From assembly GCA_964519305.1 (NCBI GenBank), contig CAZFHY010000010.1, positions 1 through 64,000 on the forward strand: a stretch of DNA of 64,000 bases, in the 5' to 3' direction. The stretch comes from Candidatus Undinarchaeota archaeon. GTDB lineage: Archaea > SpSt-1190 > JASMDC01. The position numbers and the translations under genes were made by a program. The notes under the pieces were generated by a model. The model was not told the origin of the DNA and did not search any database. It was given only the letters and a program-made list of their open reading frames with translations. Within the stretch, counting starts at the first letter, position 1; every line of letters begins with the position of its first letter. Of the stretch, positions 28,241 to 38,216 are shown piece after piece.

Positions 28241-29908
28241 TCACGCGGGGAGGGATTCTCGCTTGTACAGGAACACATCATCGCCCAAGGACGTTTCTTC
28301 GCTCCCGACGACCTCTGTGAACCCGTGTACGCCAAGGAGCTCGCGGATGTTCTTGAGGTCGTAGGCCCGTTCCATATCGCTACGCTCGTCGTCATCCGGT
28401 GGTAGAGCGTTGTAGTAGTACCAGCAACCGCTGAGGCCCAGATCGTTCAGTGCCCATATTAGCTCACCCCTGTCCCTCACCTCCCGCGGCTCGCCCTGGA
28501 ACGAGAGCATATAGGGCGCGATCACGTGAGGGCCGTTCACGATGACACTGCAGCGTGGGTCCACTGATGCCCTTTCCTGCAGCGCACGGTACTCGATGTA
28601 CCGGATGTCGCCGTTACGTTGCTCGTGGAAAGCGCGGCCCGTCTTCACAAGCTCCCAGGAAAGCACAAGTATGACTGCGAACGCCATGACGCCCGGTGCC
28701 TGCTGGTGGTACCTCACGGACCAGGAGAAGAGCACAGCGATACCTTGGGCCGCAAGGACCGTGAGGGGGAGCAGAAGGACAGGGAGCGTGCCCATGGACT
28801 CCCTTTCTAGAGCGGTTGTGAAAAAGAACATGTAGGCAAGTGCGAACGCCATGGTCCAACCGCCAATCAGGGATAACGCCTCAGGCCGTCGGTCGGAAAG
28901 ATCCACGGCCCCAGCGAGCGCCAGAAGGAGAATATAGGACGGGACATGGCTCCGTACCATGGTAGCCAGACGGCCGATCGCTGAGCCGGTCGCTGGCTGC
29001 TCGAGGACGTCATCCTGGTATGCCACCAGGACTATATGTGGGAGGGTCGCCAGAAGGAACGCCACCACGAGTATCGGCACCGTACGCTCGGAACCACCCT
29101 GCCAGTACACGAGGAAGCCCATGAAGAAGGCGGGTACCATGGCAAGATGGTCAGGACGCACCTCGACAGCGAGCAGGAGGAGCGCAAGGGCCAGTGCCAG
29201 GGTTCTCGGTCTCCTATCACGTCGAAGGAAGAATACAAGGACCGTGATCGAGATCAGGAGAAGGGGAGCTGTGAACGCTTCGGTCGTGCTCGCCAGAAGA
29301 TAGGTGGGGGCCAAGGTGAACAAGGCCGCAGCTGCCATGGGGGCATGGGGGCCGCCCAAGAGGAACCGGCCTAGAGAGTAGGCGACGAGCGGGAGGAGCG
29401 CGCCCGAGACCGCGTTCAGGCAAAGGAGCACGGGGAGCGACGCACCGAATAGCACGAAGTGAAGGCGGTGCCAGAGAGCACGGCCGTACACCGCATCAGG
29501 GACGTCCGTCCCGAGAAGGTCGAACGCCCTTCCATGCCGCATGATATCTGCTGCTGCAGTATGGTCCAGTGGTGCGGTACGCACGACATCCAATCGAATC
29601 CACAGTCCGCCGATAACCAGAAGTGCGAGGGCGAGAGCGGTGGTCCGATCCTCACGGAGGAACCTCATCACTCTACGCGGTGCCGAAGTGGCCATGAAGA
29701 GCACTGGTGAGGCCCACAGGGCCAGAATGACGAGGAGCGCGTTCACGGTGCGTATGAGCGTGAATGGCACGACGTCCTGCGGGACAATGGGTCCCGCTAT
29801 GTTGTAAAGAAGGATGGGGATGACGCACCAAGCGATGAGGCTGAGCTCTAGAGCGACATGTCGCCGCTGATCGGCTCCCTCCGCCAGCGTCATGGCAATT
29901 GAAGGCAT
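28241..29908 (-). CDS. Multi-TM GT-C-fold (PMT/ArnT-like) glycosyltransferase-like protein
   Basis: More than 10 hydrophobic segments, Y.L.R, P.Y...ST..E and VRP motifs, and an extracytoplasmic C-terminal domain. Start uncertain. Confidence 0.6.
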   Translation of the reverse strand: MPSIAMTLAEGADQRRHVALELSLIAWCVIPILLYNIAGPIVPQDVVPFTLIRTVNALLVILALWASPVLFMATSAPRRVMRFLREDRTTALALALLVIGGLWIRLDVVRTAPLDHTAAADIMRHGRAFDLLGTDVPDAVYGRALWHRLHFVLFGASLPVLLCLNAVSGALLPLVAYSLGRFLLGGPHAPMAAAALFTLAPTYLLASTTEAFTAPLLLISITVLVFFLRRDRRPRTLALALALLLLAVEVRPDHLAMVPAFFMGFLVYWQGGSERTVPILVVAFLLATLPHIVLVAYQDDVLEQPATGSAIGRLATMVRSHVPSYILLLALAGAVDLSDRRPEALSLIGGWTMAFALAYMFFFTTALERESMGTLPVLLLPLTVLAAQGIAVLFSWSVRYHQQAPGVMAFAVILVLSWELVKTGRAFHEQRNGDIRYIEYRALQERASVDPRCSVIVNGPHVIAPYMLSFQGEPREVRDRGELIWALNDLGLSGCWYYYNALPPDDDERSDMERAYDLKNIRELLGVHGFTEVVGSEETSLGDDVFLYKRESLPA

Positions 29909-29975
29909 GTTGCGTTTTAAGAGTTTTTTGGCGCCGGGGCTCAGGTTCAAAAACCTTGACCCTTTAGTGAGCGTC

Positions 29976-30530
29976 ATGGCCGTCAACAAGGTCTACGTGT
30001 CCGCCAACCAGCTGCTGGACGACTCCTTCCGCCTTGCGCGAAAGATCTACGAGGACGGGTACCACCCGGACTTCCTTCTAGGACTGTGGCGCGGGGGCAC
30101 GCCTCCCGGTATCGCTATCCACGAGTTCTTCCGCATGAAGAAGCTCGATCCCTACCACACGGCCATCAAGACACAGTCATACACGGGGATCGAGGAGCAG
30201 AGCGAGCAGATCGAGATCAAGGGTCTAGGTCATGTCATAGATCGATGTGATGCTGATGAGAAGATGCTCATCGTTGACGACGTGTTCGACACAGGCCGCA
30301 CTGTCGACGCCCTTATCAAGGAGATCAAGAAGCTCGCTAGACGGAACACTCCCGATATCAGGGTCGCGGTCATATACTACAAGCCCACCAAGACCCTCGT
30401 GGACGTCAAGCCCGACTACCACCTCCGCACCACGGAGGACTGGATCGTGTTCCCGCACGAGCTGGAAGGTCTCACCAAGGAAGAGATCATGGTGAAGAAC
30501 AAGTACGTCTACGATGTACTGTTCGGCTAG
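29976..30530 (+). CDS. Purine phosphoribosyltransferase
   Basis: LIVDDVFDTGRT PRPP motif, WRGG and WIVFPHE. Confidence 0.9.
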   Translation: MAVNKVYVSANQLLDDSFRLARKIYEDGYHPDFLLGLWRGGTPPGIAIHEFFRMKKLDPYHTAIKTQSYTGIEEQSEQIEIKGLGHVIDRCDADEKMLIVDDVFDTGRTVDALIKEIKKLARRNTPDIRVAVIYYKPTKTLVDVKPDYHLRTTEDWIVFPHELEGLTKEEIMVKNKYVYDVLFG

Positions 30531-31405
30531 GTACGCAGCTCGTCCCTGAACCGCAATCCCATCATCCGATAGGCCAGACGCGCGCATGTGAAGTCGCTCG
30601 CATGACCTCCGTCGGCGGGCGTCAGCTCCACGACATCGCAGCCTACGACGTTCCTTGATCCGAACACGACTTCGAGTAGAGAAACTACGTCGTACCAGTC
30701 CAGACCCCCGGGCTCGGGTGTACCGGTGTGCGGGATCACCGATGGGTCGAACACATCCATATCGACGGACACGTACACGTTCGCCTTAAGGTGCATGATC
30801 ACGTCATCCCAGTCACGTTTCCCCCGTGCTTGAGGTGCCATGACGACCTGGATATCCTCGTCACGTATCCGCTCGGCTTCAGGCGAACTCATGCTACGCA
30901 CGCCGACCTGAACGGTCGAGCTCACCGTTTCTCTGATCCTTGCCATGGTGCACGCATGGGAGAGCGGCTCCCACTCGTACTCGTCGCGCAGGTCAGCATG
31001 CGCGTCAAGGACGAGCACCGATAGCCCCGTGTTATCACGAGCGCAGGCGCGCACTGCCCCGACCGTTACCGAATGCTCTCCACCGAGCACTACGGGAAAG
31101 GCACCCCGTGAGAGGATGTCTGCCACTTGCGACTCCACGCGTCCTAGCACGTCATTAGTGTCACCGGTCACCTCCACGGGCGACTCGGTCACGATCCCTA
31201 GTGCTGCCGGTGTAACACGGAGTGCCTCGTCGAACAGCTCCATGTGTTGAGAGGCCTCTATTATGGCACCCGGTCCTCTAGCAGCACCGCTGTGCCATGT
31301 CGCGGTCCCATCGAAGGGGACAGGGAGCACCGCTATGCGGGCAGTTGCAGGATCGACCCGGTCCGCAGGGATTGCAGCAAAGGTAAGTTCGTCCTGTTCA
31401 GGCAC
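30527..31405 (-). CDS. speB: Agmatinase
   Basis: GGEHS, DAHADLR, D.DVFDPS, GTPEPGG and DVVE motifs. Confidence 0.93.
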   Translation of the reverse strand: MPEQDELTFAAIPADRVDPATARIAVLPVPFDGTATWHSGAARGPGAIIEASQHMELFDEALRVTPAALGIVTESPVEVTGDTNDVLGRVESQVADILSRGAFPVVLGGEHSVTVGAVRACARDNTGLSVLVLDAHADLRDEYEWEPLSHACTMARIRETVSSTVQVGVRSMSSPEAERIRDEDIQVVMAPQARGKRDWDDVIMHLKANVYVSVDMDVFDPSVIPHTGTPEPGGLDWYDVVSLLEVVFGSRNVVGCDVVELTPADGGHASDFTCARLAYRMMGLRFRDELRT

Positions 31406-31552
31406 GATTGCATCGTCCGCGGTAGCCTTTTTTATGTGTTCCTATGGCTCCCTCTCGAACTGTCACCACTGCGTAATGACAAACTATATATACTCCTTTA
31501 GCGTACTATATACTTGCCCAATAGATGGGGCTATGGAAAAGGTGATCTTGTC

Positions 31553-34500
31553 ATGGAAAGGGGAAAGGAATTACAATTGTTCGCGGTTCTTGCCGCGTTA
31601 GTACTCTTCGTGCTAGTAACGGCCGAAGATACGAAGGTTTGCTGCTATAACGGCGTAACGGCCCAGTACGAGCTTCTCGACACCGCTGACGGTAAGGTCG
31701 ACGGGAGTTGTAATCCTGCTGATGGCGGTGAGCTGAAATATAGCTTCATGGACATGAGCTACTGTTCTTCAAGTGAGAACGCTCAAACGGAGACCTCTCC
31801 ATCGCCGAGCCCTTCACCAGCGGCGACAGAGGGACCGAGTCCCTCACCAGAGGCGGCTGCATCACCGAGCCCCTCGCCGGAGCCCACTCCTTCACCTACA
31901 CCAGCACCTACAGGGACGCCCGACGAGGCCGTTGGCCAGGACCGGTGGGGGACATCATCCACGTTCCTCTACGGCGACGGCACCCTGTCAGGTAACTACA
32001 AGTACAGGTACCAGAACGGTCGCTGGCAGATCGAGATATCCGCCCCGCCCGATTATGCCTTGAAGTTCAGGGACATCACCGAAGAATGGCTCGAACAGAA
32101 CGAAGGCAACGTGATGGGCGGTCATTTTAAAGAGATCACCAAAGAGCTCGCTAAAAGGAACTATAAGGACGGAATGCAGTACCTCTGGGACCACATGCGC
32201 AGTACAAAGGGATGGCTTGGAGTGGAACACTCCATCAAAATCCTCTCCGATGATGGAGATGTCAAATATGGTCATGATTCGGGGGATGACAAGTATGAGG
32301 ATTTCAGGAATGGGATGCAGGGATCCATCGCCGAGAATCCCTGCGCGTTCGCCGATGTACGGATGCACGTCAACGGTGCGCCCACGGGCGATGACAAACG
32401 ACTCTACTCCGTCGAGTTCTGCATCCTGAGAGGCAAGGACGGAGATGGAAAGGAGTACGAGGACCGGAACGATGATAAACCCGGATACAGCGAGGAAGCG
32501 TGCATCGACTATCTCAAGAAGCACGGTCTGCGTGACAAGGACGGTAAGAAGATCGGGGTCGATGAACGCGGGGAGGGTCACCAGCTCACTCTCGTCTATG
32601 CAGATAGCGGCCAGATGTTCTCCACCGGTGCGCTGGGCGTGGACGTGTACGGTGAGAACGGTCAGAACAAGGTCATCGAATCCCTAGATCCGGCCGTGTC
32701 ATCGTACGCACCCGATTACAAACCCACATATGCCTCAACGCTCCAGGAGGAGCAGGTCACTGGTGCCGACCAGGCCGCTGAGCAGGTGGAGGTCGCATCG
32801 GACTGGCAGCAGGATGCCATCGATGCCACTAGCGACGAGGTGGAGCGGGCTGCTGAAGAGGCCGCGAAGGAAGCGGCCGAGGCCGCGGAAAAGAAGGCTG
32901 AAGGTCTACAGCCACTCGACTTCGCCGCGCTCAAGTGCCCTGACAGCGGTGAATACAGCAACGCTGGGGAGTTCAACGCAGAGTACGCCTCCATGGCAAA
33001 AGAGCTCGCCGTCTTCTATGCCCAAGTCACCGGATACCTCGAGGTCCTGCGCACGTCGGTGAAGACGCAGCAGGACAATTGTCACGAGGCCATCGACTCG
33101 TTCACTGGACAGTACGCCGTCAGCTGCGAGATTAAGGACCTCAAGGACAAGGAGGCAAAGGACCTGGAGCTTACTGTAGTGGAGGACGCTTTTGATCCGG
33201 GGATCTGTTCCAAGGCGGTCGTCGATCATTGCCTGAAGGACGAGCTGTGGAAATGCAGCAAGGACCTCAGCGATGAGACCGCGGGCAAGGTTACGACCTG
33301 CGAGATGTGCACGGTCGAGCCGTGCTGTATCGGAACGGACTGTAAGGCATGCGCTAAGGCGGAGAACAACGAGTACGAGAAGCTACCGAAATGCACGGAA
33401 TCTTCAGGTGTCATCTGCCGTCAGCAGTTCGAATGCTGCACGAACACAGGTACAGACATACTCACTGAAGCCTTCCTCCCCCAAGAGGAATGTGCCTTCA
33501 TGGGAGGGTTTTGGGGTAACTGCCCTCCCGAGCTCGAATTCACGAATGATGAGGAGTTCGGAAGGTACGGGAGCTATCTGTGCTCACAACATTACCTGTC
33601 AACGACTGCCGCGTGCAAGTGTACAAAGAGCGGTATAAAGAAGGCCGAGTGCATCGTTATGCGGTACAATATGATCTGGGACGAAACAGATCGTAATGAC
33701 AAGGTCATCCCCGAGGAAGAGAAGTCCGATACAACAGAAGAGGAATCATCTTCCGAGGAAAGCACTGAGACCACGGAAGAGGAGACGGCTACCGAGGAAG
33801 GGGATGAGGCCACAGAAGAGGGAACGACCGACGAGGAGGATGCCGGACCGACGGACGAGGAGAAGGAGCAGAAGAAGACCCTCGATACTGAACCCTTCGG
33901 CCTCGCCAGTTGCCAACCAAAAGGATCGCTGGAGCTCGGTGATGGCGCAGAGCCGTACATCAAGACCGAGAAAGGAAGACACACCGTAGTCGACCCCATC
34001 AAGGTCGACGCGTGCCAGCGTCAGGTCGCTGACCTCAAGGACCTGTGCATCCTGGACGGAGCGAGCATATTGTTCGACGACGATAAGAAGCGCGGTCCCA
34101 CCGAGGTGCTTGCTAAGCTCGATACTCTCATCACCACCATGAACGGGTATGTCGCGGGTATGAAGGACTCGGCGCAAGTGGCCGAGGAGATGAAGGAACA
34201 GGGCGACGAGACGCTCGAGAACATCGACTCCGATGCCATCGATCCGGAGCTGGTCGACAAGTTCGAGGAGCTGCTGACAAGGGACGCTGACAAGGTCCAG
34301 GACACGCAGAAGGACCTCAAGAACGTAATCACATTCGTCAAGGGCCAGCTGATGGCCGACCTCTCGAACATCCATTTCTTCAAGCACGTACCGTCCTTCG
34401 CCGTCGTGGCGTCAAAGGATTGGCGGTACGAAGCACGATGCAATCCGTTCCAGAAACCTCACTTCGACGAGAAGTGCGAACCGATCGGGGACGGTGAAGA

Positions 34501-37500
34501 GACGGAAGAAGGGACTGAGGACGAACAGCCCGAGGATACTACCGATGAGGGCGGCGAAGAAGGCAGTGAGGAGAAGGTCGATCCATTCAACGAGGAGGTA
34601 ACATGCGAGGGACCCGGAGCGCCATCTCCGTTCTGGTGCCCGCTCAAAGAGCGTGGCGGATGCAACGCCACACAAATAACGGTCGTAGTCGCTGATACGA
34701 ACCCTGATTCCTGGGACGACCGCAAGCTGCTCGACCTACTTAGGAACGTGAATCCCGATGACCTTTTCATCAATGAGGAGAAGTGCTCCGAGTACAACAC
34801 CGAGGACGGTGGCGGTACGGCCGTCGATGAAGGCGATGTGCCGCCCGTCGTCGACACCGGCGGGACACCCTGGTACGGTTCCATCACACCGGGCGAGGAC
34901 ATCCCCGAAACGGAGAAGGACCCGCTCGTACAGTGCTGCCAGCGCATCTTCGGTATCGAGGATTCCGCCTGGGCAGGCGGTGGTATCGTCGACACGGCCC
35001 GGAGCTGGCTTGGTGTACCCTATGTGTTCGGCGGTACCAGCCGCTCGGGGTGCGACTGCTCAGGCCTTACTATGAACGTGCTCAAGGAGAACGGCATCAA
35101 TGTGCCGCGGACCGCGTCCCAGCAGTACTACGCCTGCGAGAGCAACGGTGGTACGTACGTGGACTGGGGCGACCTCCAGGCGGGCGATATCGTCTTCTTC
35201 GAGAACACCTACAAGCCCGGGGTCTCCCATGTGGGCGTCTATGCGGGCGACGACCGGATGATCCATGCGCCCAAACCGGGCGACGTGGTCAAGATCGTCC
35301 AGCTCTCCAACTCGTACTTCCGCGAGCACTGGACCGGTGGATGTCGGTACGTGGAGGGCGGTGCAAGCTACGAGGCGCTCGACATCGACTGGTGCGAGGA
35401 CGACACTGAAGAGCTGTGCTGCCAGGGCCCTGGCCTAGAGCTGGAAAAGAAGATCACCGAGCAGGAGTGCGGGCTCACGTGCGAGGAGCTGTGCGAGGGC
35501 AAGTACGAGCGCCATTCGTACAAGTATCTCGTCTGTCGCCATAAGTGCGGAGCCCGTGACGAGCAGTGCTCGGAAAAGCCCGAGGAGACGGCCTGCGAGG
35601 TCGATGGGATGGACGGTCTGTGCTGCGATGAGAAGTGCATGGTCCACGCCCTCATGTGCGCGGGCCGGGTGGAGGCATGCGTCGGCTCCCTGAGCCTCGA
35701 TCCCTGCACCTATGACGACGAGGACGGCGTGTGCTGCGGCGGGCGCTGTCTCACCGGCGAGAAGGACTGCAGCTCGTGCAAGGACATCACCGTGTGGGCC
35801 CTCAATCCCGAGACCGGTCTGTGCGATAAGTTCACCAATACCTGTGACGTACCCGACGGTTGGATCGACTGCGAGAACTTCGGGTGCGACACCGACGAGG
35901 ACGAGTTCCTCGACTGCTCCAAGGACGGCGAACTGGGCATGTGCTGCGGGAAGAAGTGCGCTCTCAACGCTGAGGACTGTGTGCCCGATGACAGCTGCAA
36001 GGGCATGGGCGACGGCGTCCCGTGCTATGCCAAGGACGTGCCTGGTGTGTGCTGCGGCGAGAAGTGCGCCGTGGGCGGTACCAGGTGCGGCGAGTGCGTA
36101 CAAGCGACGACCCATGCCAAGGACCCGGAAACGGACACGTGCAAGGAGTTCCCGACACCTTGCGACGTACCGTACGGGTACACTGCCTGTGAAGGGTACG
36201 GTTGTACCGGCCTCATCGATGGCGCCGCATGCACCAAGGATGATGAGCGCGGTATCTGCTGCGGCGACGGGTGCGTTGTGGATGCCACCGGATGCGTACA
36301 GGATACAACCCCCTGCGAAGGAAAGGCAGAAGGTGGAGCATGCGAGTCCGATGGTCAGAACGGCGTGTGCTGCGACGGTCATTGCGCGCTCGGCGGCTCA
36401 ATCTGTGGCGTCTGCGCCCAGGTCATCACATTCGCCCTCGATAAGACAACAGAGCAGTGCGAGCAGTACCCGACACCATGCGACGTGCCCAAGGGAGCAC
36501 CCCCGTGCATCGTCGAGAGCTGCCTCTCCGAATGTCAGAACGAGTTCCCTGAGAACCCGTCCCTGGCCCGCAACTGTCGTGAACTGTGCGAGACCATGGA
36601 CATCTCCTGTGAGGAGCGATGCATCATGGACTTCAACGGACGCGACGAGCGCCTTGCGTGTATCGAGCGCTGTCCCGGGGTGATCACCGAACAGATGTCC
36701 GAGAGCCTCAGATGGTGCGAGGAGGACTGCATCGACTTCAACAACGGAGAACCAGCGCCCACCCTGCTATGCTTCAGGCTGTGCCGTGCGATCCACCCGC
36801 GGATCCACGTGACCTTCGCCCTGCTCCGCGACGGTCAGGAGGCCGAGTCGTTCTTCACCGGCGAGAACCCACGAATGCGGGTCGAGGTGGAGAACCGTGG
36901 TAGTGCAGGATTCGCGGGCGACATGAACGTCGCGCTGCGGGTGCTCGACGCCTGCGAATGCGAGCCCTGTCCGGACGACTACATGTGCAGCTGCGACTGC
37001 GAAGAGGAGGAGCGCCAGGTGTTCTCGCTCGATAACATCATGCTCGCCCCCGGCGAGAAGGCGCGGTACCTCACCGACCCGGTCCGCCTGCAGAGCGAGC
37101 TGGCCGGTACGACGGTCCAGCCGGTGGCTACTGTGAGCGATACCTACGACCAGGTCATAGGCAAGCCTCTTGGCAGTTTCTACGGTGTGAGCGAGGCCGA
37201 GAAGATGGCGGTTAACGATGCGTGGTTCCTGGTCAACGACCGTGAGCGCGCGACCGCCGCCTATCCCGGCGAGTATGCCGTGGGTTTCGTGGTGTTCTCC
37301 ACTGATCAGGTGCCCGTGACGCTCGAACTGTTCATGGTCGGATGGGACGGAGCTCCCATCGAGGGCATGGACACGTCCCAGACCATCACCTGGCCCACAA
37401 GGATGGAGACGTTCACCACAGGCGAGCTAGATGTCGATACAGCCCACGTGGACTTCGTCATCCGCCTCGGGTACAAGGTCACGGACGCATCGGGTACGGT

Positions 37501-38188
37501 CCTGGCCGAAGGCACTCTCGACGAGCAGGGCAGACCGCCCGGCCTGTGCGAGGGACGCGACCTCACCACGTGGTGCGAGGGGTTGCATGAGCGCGTGAAG
37601 CTGTCCTATCCCGACGCTTACCTTGAAGTGAAACGGCCCATGCTCGACGTGGCGGACGCTGCCTTCATCGATAACGACGGGCTCGCGGTGAACCGGCTGT
37701 CCGGGAGCGATTCGGTCCGGGCCAAGCTCGAGCTGACCAACCTTGCAGCACAGACCTTCGAGGGGACCGTGATCGTGAAGGTCGTCGGTACTGACGGCAT
37801 GGCTGTCCCCGAGTCGGTCGTGGCACTGGACATCGACCGTGGTCTGGAGGGCGCTGGCTCGTCCATCGAGGTTGAGTCCGGGTTCGTATGGCCTAAGCCG
37901 GGCTCGTCCTTCCGCATCTGGATCACGGCAACGGACCGTGATGGTAGGATCTGGCTCGACCAGATAGTCCCGACCGCGCTCTTCCCGTTCGCCGAGCTGA
38001 GCGTGACCCAGGACGCCACCGAGGGACTGGTGCGGAACACGATCTTCACCACTATCATCCACGAGGGGTGCCTAGCCAGCATCCGGTGCGACGATTGCCT
38101 GACGACATGCGAGCTGCGTGTGGACCGGGCGAGGTGCACGGTCACTCGTGAGCGTTGTGACTGCGAGTGCATCATGGAGGCAATATAG
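31553..38188 (+). CDS. Giant secreted Cys-rich protein 1 with intact NlpC/P60 endopeptidase domain
   Basis: Signal peptide after a GGTGAT SD. LGVPYVFGG..GCDCSG..PRTA..Q..GDIVFF..HVGVY..MIHA at about 34985-35350. Cys repeats. Confidence 0.88.
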   Translation: MERGKELQLFAVLAALVLFVLVTAEDTKVCCYNGVTAQYELLDTADGKVDGSCNPADGGELKYSFMDMSYCSSSENAQTETSPSPSPSPAATEGPSPSPEAAASPSPSPEPTPSPTPAPTGTPDEAVGQDRWGTSSTFLYGDGTLSGNYKYRYQNGRWQIEISAPPDYALKFRDITEEWLEQNEGNVMGGHFKEITKELAKRNYKDGMQYLWDHMRSTKGWLGVEHSIKILSDDGDVKYGHDSGDDKYEDFRNGMQGSIAENPCAFADVRMHVNGAPTGDDKRLYSVEFCILRGKDGDGKEYEDRNDDKPGYSEEACIDYLKKHGLRDKDGKKIGVDERGEGHQLTLVYADSGQMFSTGALGVDVYGENGQNKVIESLDPAVSSYAPDYKPTYASTLQEEQVTGADQAAEQVEVASDWQQDAIDATSDEVERAAEEAAKEAAEAAEKKAEGLQPLDFAALKCPDSGEYSNAGEFNAEYASMAKELAVFYAQVTGYLEVLRTSVKTQQDNCHEAIDSFTGQYAVSCEIKDLKDKEAKDLELTVVEDAFDPGICSKAVVDHCLKDELWKCSKDLSDETAGKVTTCEMCTVEPCCIGTDCKACAKAENNEYEKLPKCTESSGVICRQQFECCTNTGTDILTEAFLPQEECAFMGGFWGNCPPELEFTNDEEFGRYGSYLCSQHYLSTTAACKCTKSGIKKAECIVMRYNMIWDETDRNDKVIPEEEKSDTTEEESSSEESTETTEEETATEEGDEATEEGTTDEEDAGPTDEEKEQKKTLDTEPFGLASCQPKGSLELGDGAEPYIKTEKGRHTVVDPIKVDACQRQVADLKDLCILDGASILFDDDKKRGPTEVLAKLDTLITTMNGYVAGMKDSAQVAEEMKEQGDETLENIDSDAIDPELVDKFEELLTRDADKVQDTQKDLKNVITFVKGQLMADLSNIHFFKHVPSFAVVASKDWRYEARCNPFQKPHFDEKCEPIGDGEETEEGTEDEQPEDTTDEGGEEGSEEKVDPFNEEVTCEGPGAPSPFWCPLKERGGCNATQITVVVADTNPDSWDDRKLLDLLRNVNPDDLFINEEKCSEYNTEDGGGTAVDEGDVPPVVDTGGTPWYGSITPGEDIPETEKDPLVQCCQRIFGIEDSAWAGGGIVDTARSWLGVPYVFGGTSRSGCDCSGLTMNVLKENGINVPRTASQQYYACESNGGTYVDWGDLQAGDIVFFENTYKPGVSHVGVYAGDDRMIHAPKPGDVVKIVQLSNSYFREHWTGGCRYVEGGASYEALDIDWCEDDTEELCCQGPGLELEKKITEQECGLTCEELCEGKYERHSYKYLVCRHKCGARDEQCSEKPEETACEVDGMDGLCCDEKCMVHALMCAGRVEACVGSLSLDPCTYDDEDGVCCGGRCLTGEKDCSSCKDITVWALNPETGLCDKFTNTCDVPDGWIDCENFGCDTDEDEFLDCSKDGELGMCCGKKCALNAEDCVPDDSCKGMGDGVPCYAKDVPGVCCGEKCAVGGTRCGECVQATTHAKDPETDTCKEFPTPCDVPYGYTACEGYGCTGLIDGAACTKDDERGICCGDGCVVDATGCVQDTTPCEGKAEGGACESDGQNGVCCDGHCALGGSICGVCAQVITFALDKTTEQCEQYPTPCDVPKGAPPCIVESCLSECQNEFPENPSLARNCRELCETMDISCEERCIMDFNGRDERLACIERCPGVITEQMSESLRWCEEDCIDFNNGEPAPTLLCFRLCRAIHPRIHVTFALLRDGQEAESFFTGENPRMRVEVENRGSAGFAGDMNVALRVLDACECEPCPDDYMCSCDCEEEERQVFSLDNIMLAPGEKARYLTDPVRLQSELAGTTVQPVATVSDTYDQVIGKPLGSFYGVSEAEKMAVNDAWFLVNDRERATAAYPGEYAVGFVVFSTDQVPVTLELFMVGWDGAPIEGMDTSQTITWPTRMETFTTGELDVDTAHVDFVIRLGYKVTDASGTVLAEGTLDEQGRPPGLCEGRDLTTWCEGLHERVKLSYPDAYLEVKRPMLDVADAAFIDNDGLAVNRLSGSDSVRAKLELTNLAAQTFEGTVIVKVVGTDGMAVPESVVALDIDRGLEGAGSSIEVESGFVWPKPGSSFRIWITATDRDGRIWLDQIVPTALFPFAELSVTQDATEGLVRNTIFTTIIHEGCLASIRCDDCLTTCELRVDRARCTVTRERCDCECIMEAI

Positions 38189-38216
38189 GATAGACCATAA
38201 GAGAGGTCCATGAGAT

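Noticed and set aside
31483-31514. Direct repeat ACTATATA upstream of the giant operon as an operator
   Set aside because: It cannot be distinguished from tandem or divergent TATA boxes serving speB and gene 1.
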